A stretch of DNA of 64,000 nucleotides, from NCBI GenBank assembly GCA_973851085.1, contig OZ316775.1, positions 2,418,001 to 2,482,000 on the forward strand. The letters run 5' to 3'. The DNA is from Ptychomitrium polyphyllum (taxonomy: Eukaryota). Position numbers and translations under genes: made by a program. Shown one piece after another: positions 14,301 through 29,100 of this stretch (within the stretch, counting starts at the first letter, position 1; every line of letters starts with the position of its first letter). The notes beneath the pieces are model-generated. The model had not been told where the DNA came from. It ran no database searches and was given only the letters and a program-made list of their open reading frames with translations.

Positions 14301-15399
14301 AATGTGAAATCAAGGTTGATTGATACATTCAATTCAAAAGCTGAACCTTCCAAATGGTAAAGATTACAATCAACTTGTCTTCTGAGGTTTCCCACAAGAA
14401 CAACCAAAAGCCACAACTTATAATTACTAGTAGGCTTTTATCTTGATTTTTCAATGGACACAACATAAAATCAAAAATTGGTTTATCTCTCGTTCCATAA
14501 AGCAAAATGCTTCTTAAAGTAATTCACTAAATGTTTTTTAGTTATTTTTAAATAAAAGTAACACAATTAACTAGATTATTTTGAAAATATATTTAAATTT
14601 TTTTAAAGTAGCAATGTACCATATATTTGCAATATCAAAAGTTAGAATTATGACTTAAGTTATATATCCTTTAATACAAAACCTTTTTCATGCTTTAAAC
14701 TATCAATCTTGCAATTATATTGCAAATTAAATTTTGGATTTCAGATTAGAAACTCAACCAAATTAAACAAAAATAATAATATCATTTACAAATTTTTGAA
14801 AATCTTAAAGAGTTGAAAAAAGTTATTAGACTTTTCAACTACATTTTAAATGAGACTAAAAAGAAAGTGACATATCTAATAGCATAAAAAAGAAAAATAA
14901 TAATAATAAACATATAATCTAAGATATAATTGTAACTTATTTAAAAAGCTTCAAGCTTTTTAAATATGAATCTTAATTTAACCAAAAGTCATTTACTAGA
15001 TATTTTTTATTTTTTATATAGTTATAGATGAAGGATATAATAAACAGGATTAATTTAATTTAGTCACTTAGACTTTGAAGGACTAAAGACATTTTTTAAC
15101 ACTTTTTGAATCATTTTGAATTTCCAGAATATTATTTTTTTGTACAAAATTGTCTTAAAACAAGGAAGGATATAAAAACATTGCATTTAATAAATGGATG
15201 AAGTAGATGTGATGAAGTTTTTTGATATTTTTATGTCATTAAAAAAAGTAAAGCCTTGAAGTTTTACTTTTGTATTTATGAATCCAATTTGAAAATTGTA
15301 TAATTTTTTTTCCCATATGTTTATATATAATGAAATTATTTAACTTGATCTATAAAAATTCATTAGATCTTAACCAAGTCAATCAATTTATCAAATAAC

Positions 15400-15700
15400 C
15401 AATGATTCATGGTTTCTGATTTTATATAAAATCATGTTCAACACAATGTGCTATGCCAAATATATAGCACAAATAAAAATAAGTCAATCACATACAAAGA
15501 ATTGAAAAGGTATGGCAAAGACTATTTTGAAAGATTTGCATGAAAAATAATGCAACCATAGGTCTTCTTGTCTTTTAGATGAAAATGTGGTGGTAAGAGA
15601 GTAATACACCAATTATTATTAAAACATGCATAGTATTTGGAAGGAAATTTTTATATATTATAGGAAAAGTTTATTCTTCTTTGAAAACTAGTTTCCTAAA
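15400..15700 (+). mobile_element. Possible Gypsy integrase zinc-finger relic
   Basis: AKTILKDLHEK*CNH (~15515-15560) followed by TGG-TGG, reminiscent of 'IL.ELHEG..GGH...GYWWP'. Weak. Confidence 0.25.
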
Positions 15701-18700
15701 TTATATATCATTGCCTTTGTAGTTTTTGTATCATAATATTTAATAAGACATCCTATGTTTATATATTCAAATTTAATTTTAAAAACAAAACATCCAATTT
15801 CAAAAGTATAAACAGAAATTTAAAATTTAATAAAATTCAAATAAAAGATTAGATGTTTAAAATAAATAATTTGGTGATTTTTTGGTTCCATAAAATTTCA
15901 AATTTTAATTTTTGTAATATTATTAAATTTAAAAAACAAATTAATTGCATTTACAAAATTTGATAAGTTATAATTTATAATGCATATAATGCATATCTTC
16001 TATTTTAAAAAAAATTGATGATACTTTTATGTATATGGCTTTTTTTTACAAAATGTTTCATATTTTGATTTTGATTTGATTTAATATTTATGTTTTCACT
16101 ACGATTTTTTCAACAAAATTAAATTTAAATACAAAAATCATCGTTATATTTTAAAAATCTAATAAAGGTATACTATTAAATTAAGTGTGGAAGAAATTTC
16201 AATACAATCATTTGTTATATAAAGATTTCAAGCTTATTAAATTTATATATTTTTTATTATAAAATTTCAAACAATTTTTTGTGCCACATACATTTAATTT
16301 ATATTACTACCAATTTCTCTAAATTTGAATTTAAAGATTAATTTAAGCATTAAATAACATGTTTCTTAAAGGGATGTGATCTTTAAAATCATAATAGCTT
16401 TGATTTTAATGATTTTTTTTTTAAAATGCAAAATTTATAGACAACATATAAATTCATTTTAAAAAATATTTAAAGAAGAAAATTTGATATCTAAACTTAG
16501 TTTATCCACATTGACAATGACTTTAGAAGTATGAAGTTATAAAAAAAAGAATTGCATTGAAGATGGGAAAAATGCTTTTGAAGATTGTATTATTCAATGA
16601 AGTTTAAATTTAATTTTTTAATTTTTAGATCTTATGGATAAATTTATATCATCTTATATCACATTTCTTTTCAAAAAATATTCATTTAAACTTATAGAAG
16701 TAATATACTTTATTACATCTAAGATTTAATCACCTCTGCTTTGATCTTTTAGGTTTTAATTCTTATATGATTATTTTAATATTGTACTATAACATGTAGC
16801 TAGATCCACACATTGTATTCCATTTTAATTAAAAATTTGTAATTAAACTCAATCCAAAAAAATTGTATACAAATTTGCACAAAAATACCAAGTAGAAGAA
16901 AGGAAGGAAGAATTAGAAGATAGATAAGTTTGTTGGATGCAAATTTCAATGGACTTTGCTGCTAATGTACATACATAGTATATATCTTGTTGCTTAATTG
17001 TTTGTCTATAATAGAATTTGGAACATGAACATGCCTTTTTGCATTCTTTTATCTAGCATCTAATTTGTAATTCCTTATCTTATTTTTGATTGTTTCATAA
17101 AAAAATTCCATAAAACGGCAACAATCATAAATAATGCCATTTCTCACTTCATACTACTTTGTATTGTATTTTATTTTTTACAAAGCACGGAATCCAATAA
17201 TCTCATGCTTTAAAAAAATAAAACATACATTAAAAGACCTACATTATGGTCCTAGATAAAGCAAACAAAAGAGCATAATAGTCTCCAATGGTTGACAATA
17301 AAGTTTGTTTCTTAAGTCTTAACAATAGAAGTCAACAATTGAGATATCCACATGATAACAATTTTAACAATAACATGATGGCACTCACGCCTTTATTAAA
17401 TAGACAATAATTTTTTCCATCAAAATATTTAGAATCCAATAAGATCCGCATCCTTAAACCAAAATAGTTCTTCTAACTTTGAAACAAAGCATCTATTGAT
17501 TTTCTTTATTTTTCGTCATTCCATAAAAAAAATGAATGTCTAAACTTTAACCCTTGTGTAATGTTTCAAAATATAATATTCATTGACTCAATAATTTTGA
17601 GATTGTCTACTTGTCATAACTTTCAATTCAATCATTAAATTGAATTTGAAATTTCAAGCTAAAATTTCACAAGATATAATAGGCTTTATAATCAATTCCT
17701 CCAAAAAATCAACTCCACCAATGATGCAATAACAAATTTTGAAGCTTCACTTTGAAAGTAGCCAAAGGCCAAAATTTTTGTATTTTAATGGAACTCTATC
17801 TTATATTTTCAACCAAAATGAAGGAGAGTTTGTCCAATGTCATTTTAAAATGACAACTATTATATGAAATATTCATAAACAAATTAAAAAATCAAAAGAT
17901 GGTTGCTTTTTAAATTTGTAGTCATTTGTGATTGATAAGGGTGTATTTTTGCTTAAGATGACAAATATTATGGGTCCTACAACACCTCACATATTATAGA
18001 TGTTTAAATTAAAGTGACCAATATTAACAATTAAAAGGCAATTATTTATAAGAATGTAGTTGAGAATTTTGGACAAGCTTCTATAATGTCAATTTAAAGT
18101 GTAAATTTTTTGATTTCATGTTGAAAATGAAAGAATGTATTGGCTTTATAAGGATACCATTTTTTATTTCATTGTATATTAAGAAAAAACTAATGTTGTC
18201 TCAAATAGCTTTATCTACTTGGGTAGTTTGAAATCTTTATCATTTTAAAATTGAGCATTTAGGTATCTTTTCAAACTAAAGATACAAAACCATTTAAAAG
18301 AATTATTTATTTATATATAAAGTTTGAATATACTGAAAGCATCCTTTTGTCAATGTAAAATTATTTAATGAAAATCTTGCTAATGTCATTTTTAAAGATT
18401 AAATGTTTGAATCTATTATTACATATTAAATTATATTATAGAAAATTTATTATTACATATTAAATTATATATTAGTTTGTATGTGTGTAGTCATTTGTGT
18501 GAGAATTGGGTCATGTTGTTAAATCATGGAGTATAATTAGATGAATCATTTGCAGATTGATTGACTATGAAGTAATAACGTCATAATCTAAATTTAGGCT
18601 TATTCACAAACTGTTGAACCATGGATTATAACAATATGGAACGAGTTGGGGACTTTTTAAAAACAATCACTATAGGTGTCGAAGTTTGTATATATTTCTT

Positions 18701-18940
18701 ATGGAATATACTTTGTAAAACCCTCTTAAACAACTAGGCAATTTACAAATAATTTCACTAGAGCCTCAAACTAAGGAGACAAATATGTGAATTTTTTGGT
18801 GGACAGTAATTTGTAAGTATTAGCTTATATATTGTATAAATGATGTCACAGTTAGATGATATATTAAACAAATGATGTTTTCTTTTATGGAAAAACAAAA
18901 ATAAGATGTAGAAACTTTCAAAAAAATTATCTTATTTTTG

Positions 18941-19028
18941 GGATATATAAATCCCCATCTTATTTTTATAGGGAAGTTTAAAAACATCCCTAAAAATAAG
19001 AAAAATAAGATGGGGGATTTATATATCC
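18941..19028. repeat. Near-perfect inverted repeat / foldback (~88 nt)
   Basis: GGATATATAAATCCCCATCTTATTTTT pairs with AAAAATAAGATGGGGGATTTATATATCC (one extra G). An inner stem TAGGGAAGTTT / AAACATCCCTA is also present. Confidence 0.85.
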
Positions 19029-19699
19029 GAAATCAAAAATTAAAAACAAGTTAATTATCTGCCAATTGTTCTTGAAATAGCTAATGCATTGCTATATGAA
19101 CATGAGAGTTCAGAGGAACATGGTAGCTGACAACTCACTCCACCGCCCAGCGTCCTGATGCTTGTCCTTCATTATGTCTCCCTCCTAACTATGGCTATGT
19201 GACTAAGTTATAACAAAATTTGTCAGGCTGCTCCATTATTATTCATACATTTGGAAATTTTGATGGATATCTCATTGCATCAGTGCACATTCCCTTCAGC
19301 AGATACACTATTCCTCCTCCTTTAGCAGGTTATTTCACAACTTCATTGTTCCCTACATAACTTACACTTCATTGGACTCATACACTATTCAACAAGTTAA
19401 CTAATAACTTAAAGGCGGTTGAAAAACACTTGACCCAATCACCTCAAATTATAAATACCTGTGAAGAACTTCATGATCTATATGAATATTTTGGCATTCA
19501 TCCTTCATGGAAAGATTGAAGGGGCAGCTGGCCCGTGTGTCCTGCTAAAGGACAATGCCCAAGTCCCCATTGTAAATAACCATATGACAGACCCCTCCTT
19601 TAATAAGATGATGGGCCCAGGCCGCCACCATCATGACTATAAAATCCAAACACTCTGTACTGCTACAACCAGCCCGGCCTCCATGATTTAGCTTTTCTT

Positions 19700-20150
19700 T
19701 TGAAACTTTCTTCAGTGATCCCACAAAACACATCCTCACCTCCTGGGCTTCAACTTCCATTTCTTACTTTCCAAGGTGAAGGTCAGGTGAGGGTGCTGAA
19801 ATGCTTGAAAGAAAAAATACAAAAAGTCTTGATATGGGTCCCACTCAAAGAGTTGTAGTTTGCCCAAAAGTGATGACATTTTCTTGTTGGAATCAAATGT
19901 GCAAGAAAACACTACCAAAAACAAGGTTGATTAAAACATATTTTTAAGACACTATGGTGTTCTATAAAATGATTTAACTCTAACCCTTCTCTTTGGTATT
20001 ATGTTCTTGCTTTCTCTTTGACCAAAAAATTACTAAGCTTGAAACTACTCAAAATTTGAGTCCACATTTGAAGCTAGCTCTTTATATTATTTTATGCAAG
20101 CATGTCTTACCAAGCATTGCAAAAAAATTCAAGAAAGGAAAACCATTCTC
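19700..20150 (-). mobile_element. Decayed Ty1/Copia integrase C-terminal/SH3-like region
   Basis: Minus strand reads VKEKART (~20005-20025, cf. LVEKARTML), then LFEW..YQDFLYF..AF..P...TLESKKWKLKPRR*GCV(F)VG (19720-19860, cf. PYELW...PDLS.LRVFG.PAY...KR.KL.PR...CVFVGY), with a stop and a frameshift. Confidence 0.45.
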
Positions 20151-23100
20151 TTTAGCTTGAAATACAAGTTACTATCTACCATACACCAAATTTGTTATAG
20201 CAAAACACATCATACACCAATACCAAAGACTTTAAGAAAACCTTTGAAACACCAAGGGGCCACTTGTATTTAGAACTTAGCTATAAAATGGATTATAAGG
20301 CATTATAATATTGCTAAAATTAGAGATAATGAAGAAAGGCAAGAAGTTGGAATGATACATTTTGTAAACAAAAGAAAACACTACTTGAAATGCGGAGTTT
20401 TTGATAGGGAGTTGATTTTTTTAGTTTTTGCTCCAAAATATCAACATATCAAAATATTCTATGTTGAAGTGATTGTCACTAAAAACAAAGTCTTTAATAA
20501 TTTTTTGGAATAGTTCTTTAAATTAATGCAAAATTAAGCCCACAAAAGTTTATAAAGGTGACCAATTTTGAAATTAGTTTACTAAACAATCTACAAAAAA
20601 ATTCTCTTTGACTTTTTAATTATTAGTTTTTTGAGCATTACAATAGACATTGCATCTTGAAAATCCTTATGTTTATTTTCGTGAAATTTGTAAGTTTATT
20701 ATCAAATTTATGTAACAAATATTTTGTTATCTTAAAATTTGAATATTAAACAAATTTTTTTACTATACTTTAATTTAAAAATTTAAATCAAAATAATGAT
20801 TTTAGTTTTGTTCTTTCCAACTTGCATATGGTGATGACATATGTACTACAATGCCATACAAGGGTGTTGTAAAGGTTTACAGTGTTAAAGTCATTAAGAA
20901 TGTGAAACAAACACTACATATGAAGAATGGTGTAGAATGTCAAAAATTAGCAATAAAAATTAATATTCCTATTTATTGTAGAAAGTCATAATTCAAAATG
21001 TTAAAATAAAAAAATAGGATTTTACATATGGGAAAAGGGGTGGGATGTTAAAAAATTTACAAGAATTAGCTTAATACCCATATTGTATGTAATACATTAG
21101 CCTAGAATTGAAAACATGAATTGCATGTTTTGAAGTTACTACTTATAAATTATTATAGTAAAATATGATTAGAGGATAAAAAGCTATACAAAAATTTTCA
21201 TTGGTTTTCATTTACTTTAAGTAACATGCTAAAACCTTGTGTGAATAAAAAGTTAAAGTGTAGTAATTAGAAATAACAAAGCACTTGCCACATTCTTGGA
21301 TTGTCAATCATTTTCCTGAAGTTGATAATTTCGGAAAAACATCACACAAATTTCATTTTGATTCTTTGAACAGACAGTGTTGATTCTAAATAAAGAATAA
21401 AGAATACAAATGTAAAAAACGTCCACCATTTCTTGCATATGACACTAATTATTTTTACATGCTCTGTTATTTGATACTACTAAAATCACATTCAAGGCTG
21501 CAGAGACTGGACTTTATCTGGGAGAGAAGGCCAGGACCTATTTTGCAAATTCGTGAAAGACCTCTGAAGTCTAGTAGAGTTGGGTATACACAGTAAGGTC
21601 ACCGCATTTGTATTAGGTCAGCTGTATAGAGGGGTATCAAAAGCCTTCATTCATTGAGCTTTGTTTTATCTATTTGTAAAGGTACACTAACATTCATAAT
21701 TGTGTTACACGCTTGCCAAAACTTGCAGAGAAATGCTAGTCTGGGGTCTTGTTGCTCCAACAAACACATATTTGTGTATAGTTTATTTCATGAAAAAGTT
21801 AGTTAGATTAAAGCTTTTGCCAACCAGATTGATAAAAAATAATTCAATGGCAACAAGAATTGTATCATATCTGTTATGTTCATGTATCTTGTGGTTACTG
21901 TGCCAATACTTGGCAATGTCAATTCTACATTGCCAAAATGGTAAACACAATAAGCAACACATGTCCCAAATATTAGATGTCTAGTGACTCTTGACTCTCA
22001 CTTACAGTAGCTTTGAAAGATTCTGAGACCATTCTAGAGGGGCCTTGAACTTCAGAAGAGCATGCAAGAATACTGATTATGAGCCACGGGTGGTAGTGAC
22101 TTTGATTGATCATATAACTTTGAACCCCTTCAATGGTTAAATTGTAGACATTCATGTTTATTTATTGCTACTTTACGTCTGCAATTAACATATTCAAATA
22201 ATACATATTATAGTGCAGTGAAATCCCATCAGATTTTTTGAGAAGATCCATATTTTTAGACAAGATTTGTGTTTTTAGAATAGGAATTGGGTGCTGTGCA
22301 TGAAAGTGCTGAGAATGAGGTTTTCACCTTAGTGCACAAACTCTGTTTGCTTGAACAAACTGAAGTGCTGCACTACTTGGCAAATGTCATTTTTCCATAT
22401 TAGGCTATCTACAATAAGTACCTTTAGGTGATCAATCTATTCTGAAATATGTAAGATACAAGAATACATGTCAACATCTATGCACCTCAAACATCTTGAG
22501 TAGAGCATGCAGATGTTTGTGTTACAAATGATTAGGTACATTTTTGTGACTTGCTGCAATGCCATAATGTAACTGATTTTCATTCACAACAATGTTGATG
22601 ATCTGCTGCTGCCTATCATGTTGAGCTGACACCCACCTCTCCAATACTGTCTTCTGAATATGTGTACAATGTTTGAAAGGTCTCCCCAATAAATTCAAAA
22701 GAAGTGAATTTCATGAAGATACGACTGTTTTTCATTTGTTCAAAGGTCCATAAAAGATTCTTACATCCAAACATTCGTATTGTAGTACATTGTTTCATTT
22801 TGTATGTTTATAGTCTAAGACATATAAAAATATAATTCCCCTTTGCACCAGTTTCTTTTTATGTAGCATTGAAATGGAAAATCAATAGGCTAATGGATAT
22901 AAATGTAATATAGTTTTAAGGTGGTTTAGAGGAAAAAAATTCCATCTACTTTGGTAAAGGTCACATGTAGGTTCCTAGTTTGGTTCAAAGCGACAATCTT
23001 TCTTAAGCCAAATAATATAGTATTCTTAAGCATAGCTTTCAACATATCTATACATATACATATACATATTTATGTATTTTGCAATTAATTAAAATTTAGC

Positions 23101-26100
23101 ACAAAAATAAGTTCATATTGGCATATTTGTGATACATTGCCAACTTTAAAAACTGTAATTTTTTTAAAAGATTTCCATTCATAGTTTTAATGTTTATTTA
23201 TTGTCATGTAATCACCACATTACTTTAAATTTTAACATTTATTGTAAGAAATGTTTCCAGTCAAACATGTTCACTTCTGCAATAAGTTTTATCATATGAA
23301 AACAATTTGCTCATATTTGGCATAATTTAATGGTTTTCAAATTTGAAGTTTAAAGGTTTTTGAAATTTGTATTTAAAAGTAAACACTTCTTTAGATTTTA
23401 TAATTTATTATGTAAATTTATAATGATTTTTAAATCCTTTTATTGTACAAACTAAAAACCATGAACAATAGAGACGTTTTTTTTTCATGATTATGGCTTT
23501 TAGTCAATAACTTTATCAAGAAAACTCAAAAACTATTTTTGAAAATTCCATTTATTTCTTGTAATGTAAGGTGAACTAATTTTTTTGAATGTGCATCTAA
23601 AAAACAAACAACAAACAAGCAATGATGGCAAATATTTTTAGCATGTTGGTTCTATTAAACCATGTTGAATTGGCTTCTTGATTTGACATGAGGGAAATAT
23701 CAGGACAAGACATGGAACATCATCAATTAGAATTAAAATGATTGATTTAATAAGTTCAAATTTCTTGATCATTATTCCATTTCTTGGTTAATCCATTGAT
23801 CATGTAGAACATGGTTTCTTGAGCAAAAGAATGTCTGCATACATTTAAAATTGGGTTAAAATCATGGAAACTGTACTAGCACAAAGTTAATAAATTGTGT
23901 GATTATTGCAACTAAACTAATGGTTCACTAGTGAGCTACTTTCATGATTTCTTAAATTTCATGATGACAAAAATTCTTTGAAATTCAAAGACTTTTTCAC
24001 CATAGCTTAAAGAGAGGTGAAGCAAAGCTAGTGTACCTCTCCTCTTCTAAAAGACGTTCTACAGATACCAAGTATGTTGCAAAGTGACTCGCAGAGTGGG
24101 AGATGTAAGTGTTGCTCACAAACAAAACAAAATAAAAATGATGAGCAATTTAGCAGCCACTCTTTACACAGCTCAATGTTGAGGTGGCCAGTCCTTATGC
24201 CCTTTTGAAACCCATAAACTGGCAAGAACACCAGTCCTTCCACCAAAGATGGAGTTGAAATTTCATGGGAATGATTTTAATAAACCCAGACTCTTGCATA
24301 CTTTGGTACATACTGGTGACCTTAAATTCTGGACTTGGCTTACAGAACGAAACCTTACTGTGGTGCTAAGCCCAGCCTTGTACCACGCTAGAGGTTGACC
24401 TGATTCATCCATATTTCCTTCATGAGGTCATTGAGGTGTGAGGAGAATGGCTGCATGGTGAGGAAGTAAAGCTGTCAGGCACCAGAGCAGCATTGTATAT
24501 TGACTATCATAGTGTGTGCTTCACTCCTACAACACCAAACCTTACTGATTGGTTTTGGACTTAGCTTCCAATATCAAGTCTTTTACTGTAGTTTGCGTGG
24601 AAATGGAGGCACAGTTTTGAATAGATTGCCTTGTCCTACTGTGCTTGTTCTTTCCTATAAAAGCATTTGGCATTGGATACACAGCAAACAAGAAAAGTAA
24701 AGAGTAAAAAGGCCGGCTTAACATTCTCCCCACAACACAGGGACCTTGAAAGTGGATGAAAGTGTTGTTACCAAAGAAATCACATGTTCCAAATTGAAGG
24801 GTAGAGATTGAGTTTTCATCAACAAGGGTCTGTTTCCTTTGAAAACCCATAGACAGGTTTCCACCTTGACCAAAAACCAGCATCAAACCTGAACAAAATG
24901 AAAACAGAGATAGACACAAAATTGAGGAGGGCACCCAGGAATCCGGAGTTTAACCTTTTCAGTCCTTTGGAAATCTCAGAACATATGCTTGTAAAATCAA
25001 CCTAAGGTTAAGCAGTAAGCAGGTTGTGAAGGTTAAACAGTACTTTTCATAAGCAAGCTGTAAGTGAGAAAGGGAGGAAGCATTGGCATGGATTGGCAGG
25101 GAAGGCATCTCTTCTCACACATGTAGGAAATCATCTGAGTGTCACCAAGATATTTATCTAAAGCTAGAACAATAAGCCAAGCAAGGAAAATCAATAACTA
25201 TGATACAGAGCCAAGCACTGAGTGATGAGGGTAGGAATCAGTTGGATTGACAATTTAAGCATTGCCTGTTATTGTTACACTTTTTAATTCTACACACCAT
25301 AGTCACATAGCAGGGCCATAATTTCCTTGGTGACTTTTAAAAAAATTCTTAATTTAAAGTTTGTCAAAGGGAATATTATTCTAAATTAAAAAAATAAATT
25401 GATATGTTTTTTTTTAACGAAAATATTATTTGGAACTTTAAAATCTCACATTGTTTTGGATCTTGAGTCTATTTAACGTGCACTCCCTTAGTTAAGATTT
25501 TTTTATTTAATAAAATATACTATATAAAAAGAAAATTGTACTGAAAATGTAGACAGAGAATACAAAAAAGGTTAAAAGCTATTGAGTAGGAAACAATTGA
25601 GATAGAAATTTACTGCAAATAGAAAAAAAGAGAAAACATAGTGAAATGTAAGTGAAGTATTAACAAAGGTTAGCCATTTATAGGAAACTGTTTTGCATTG
25701 CTACAAGGAAGAAAGACAAGGATTAATTTGTATGTAAATCCAAAACAAACAAGTTATTGTGCATACTTGCATTTATTAATTTTTTTTGTTTCATTGATTC
25801 ATGACACATTTTCAAAATGAAAGAGCTTCAACTACACCCAAAATGATAATTAATGTCTTTAATGATGAATATCTTGGTCTAACTTGTGGTATTAGTATTT
25901 TGATGGAAACAACATACTTTATAGCAGCATACAAATAATATCACCCATTCATTCTATATGATACTAAATGCTATTTTAATGTAGTGATAGTGACTTGTTT
26001 TTTAATTTGTAGAAAACCCCAATATACAAATATGACATGTCACAAATGAACCCACTTACGAATGGTAAAGATATTTCTGATTGAATGTAATCACTTCTGT

Positions 26101-29100
26101 AAATGAGATAACAACCAACCCAGTTTGGGTCAATTGAGTATTATTAGCTTAAGAATAAGAATTGCTGTTGTACACTGGAGAGTTCCATATGCTGGGTTCT
26201 GGTCCATGGAAATTGGGACCAAAAGAGTACATATGAGGATAAAGTGGATGGTTAGGCAGAGGAGCTGCCACTGGAAAATAAGAGAGGAACATCAGCAGCA
26301 TCAATTTCAGTTGCTGGAGTTGAGACGTCAAAACTGGAAAGATACAGGAGGGGGTGGAGGAAGATTGAGCAAATAATAGGTGGAGAGCTGTCCTAACAAG
26401 AAGGGGTAAGGAGAGCGAGGGTGCACGCATGGGCATGTTCTTGGCACTGACTCAATGGCAGTGACCGTGAGGCAAATTTGTGAGAAACTGGCACCTACAC
26501 TTTGCCAAGGAAAACAAAGACCTGCTCTCCCTGCTTGAATGGCCGATTATAACTTACAGTGACTCATAGCAGAACTTAGGGAGGTGGGTGCCAGTTCTCA
26601 TGGTGCTTGTTCCCTTCTCCATGATTGTCATTTTCAGACATCCAACGCAGTCTATTGATGAGGAACTGCTGTATGTACCTCAAGTATGTACACTATCTAA
26701 TGAGAATTTTCAGACAGTAAAACATTCTCACTATTACCATCTGAGAACTATCAATGCCATTACAAATAATTCAAAAGCACGTCTTGCTTAATTAAGTGAA
26801 TTCAAAATGTCAAAAAAATATTTTTACATTGGAAGTGAACTTTAAGAGTTTTCTACACAATTTGTAAGCAAGTCATCATTTGGAAGAAGGAACTTTGATC
26901 CTTTTTAAATTCTGTGTATCTCCTAATTTTTATCATGTATCATGGAGATCTGAGCTTCTCTATTTGTTTCAAGATTCATGACATGTTAGCTTTTCATTGG
27001 GTCTAGTAGGATCGTGGCATGAATCATTGACCAATTGCACACAAAAAATTCCAGGGTGGTCCACCCAGTTGGTTGGATTTTACATGGAAAGGGACCTTGC
27101 ATATGCAAACAATTTAATGAACTTGATTGGATATAATGTAGTTTTGTTGAACTGCTGGACTTCAAATCCCACCACTTCTGAACCATGATTATGTGTTTCA
27201 ACAACTGAGTGTGATGCTACTAACTTATGCATGGACATTTCTCGAGTCCCTACATAGCTTGAAATTATTGCTACAACAGTGTCCTGCGTCCTACCATAAT
27301 TTCTTCAGTATTTGCTGAATCCCATAGAGGCAAGTCATTGTTGAACATTGAAACCCAGCTCTGAAACCACACAGGAAAGAAGAATTTTGATACTAATAAG
27401 CCTGTGACATACCAAGAATTTTACCACTACAGTCCTCATGAGGTGAGTGACCTGGATATATGGTCTGGATTGGTGAAGGATTATTTCTTGGATTGAATCA
27501 CTCAAGGCTTTACATAAGGGACCCATGCTACACCCCACTTGCATAGCACATCATCCCTGATCTCATAAATGGAAGAATTTAGGGTAGCTGTGGATATTGT
27601 AAACCCCTCCCTCTTCTATTACAGGGCTGATGTAGACGTACGTACACAGAGGAATCTTGTGTTGAGTCCAGTTTCTTACGGCATTCTCGTAGCACATCTC
27701 ACTGTCTGGATTCTAATAAACAGTTTATTAGTAACAGCAATATTGCCAATCATAAAAAATAATTAAACTGCAATTTGCAAGTACTTGATGGATTCTAAAG
27801 TTCGCAAGCCATCCAGGCTTTTGAACTATGCAGGCTACCTACAGTAGATGAAGGCATTGAAGATCTTGGCTGGTTACAAGGGCCCACTTTACTGACAGAG
27901 CATTTTTATGTCATGACATAACATTCTTTACCAACATGACCTTGCATCACTCCTATAGTGGAGCATCTACCCAGATGTTGTTTTGTATACCAACTTAAAA
28001 ATATTGAAATAGCATTCAATATTGAAATATTATCGTTGTCATCATCATTATGAAATCATTATCCATTAGACTCTATAACATTCTTTAGCTGCATATTTTT
28101 CATAGACAGTGTTTCAACAAAATCTAATATTTAGAGAAGAAGTGTAATACTATTCAAGTATTCTTGATAATGGTGGAGGATCATTAAATACTACAAGCAA
28201 TTTGTGTGAGCTTGAATATAAAAAACTTTATTACTAGGGATTCCTCAACCTCCAAGACACTACAAAAGGATTGATCTTGCATATCTGACGTCATTTAATC
28301 AGGTGTAGCTTTTACTCGTAGCTAGGTGGGCTCATCCATCATAAATTACTCCTACAGCCTCAAAATGACCTGGGTTTGAATCTTTCTACTGAAAATGCTT
28401 AAAAAAAAATATTAGCATTTGTTTATATGGGTGACTATGAACTCACAATTTATCACCTTTCAATACCAGTGTCTTTAGTACCTGAGCCTAGTGGAATTCA
28501 AACTCTTAACCTCGAAGTTCACAAGTGAATATTCTATGGAGGTCGTGATGATCTGGCTCATCTTCAATCCTTAGACCGAGGAGCTGATCTGGCACATAGA
28601 ATCCCAACAGGTGACGCTGGGTCTAGTGCTAGGTCCTAATTACTAGAGCCTTCTTCACCCAGACCCAGGTTTAAAACTTGAGAACTTTGATATGATCTGA
28701 CCACGTAATTTATTCAAGTATCAGATAAGATCTTTCCACAGATTTCTGAATTTGTTGTCAAGGTCAAATTGTATCCTGAAAGGCTTACATTATTGAATTC
28801 TCCAACCTTTCACTACTCATTGTAACACAATACCAAAGAAACAAGTGCCTACAATATGCAGATTTCAGGAAAAACACTTGAATAGAAAACAATGACGTTG
28901 AAATATGTAAACGTTGATCTCTTTTCATTGCAAGGTTTCAGATTAAAGAGTACAGACGACTCTTGGAAGGGTTTCTAGTTAACTGACCAATACATTCACA
29001 GGCATACTTCACCACAAAAACCAAAATTTCAATGCGCTCTTTAATCAGCGAGTTACATGGTATACACTAAAAATACAAGCGATACTAGAGGTATGAATGG

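Noticed and set aside
18414..18470. 23-bp AT-rich direct repeat
   Set aside because: Low-complexity local duplication with no evident function.
1..29000. Endogenous giant-virus (NCLDV) insertion, as reported in moss genomes
   Set aside because: I could not recognise any viral hallmark motif (major capsid, A32 ATPase, D5 primase, PolB). The identifiable remnants are transposon-like. A translated HMM search would be needed to exclude it fully.
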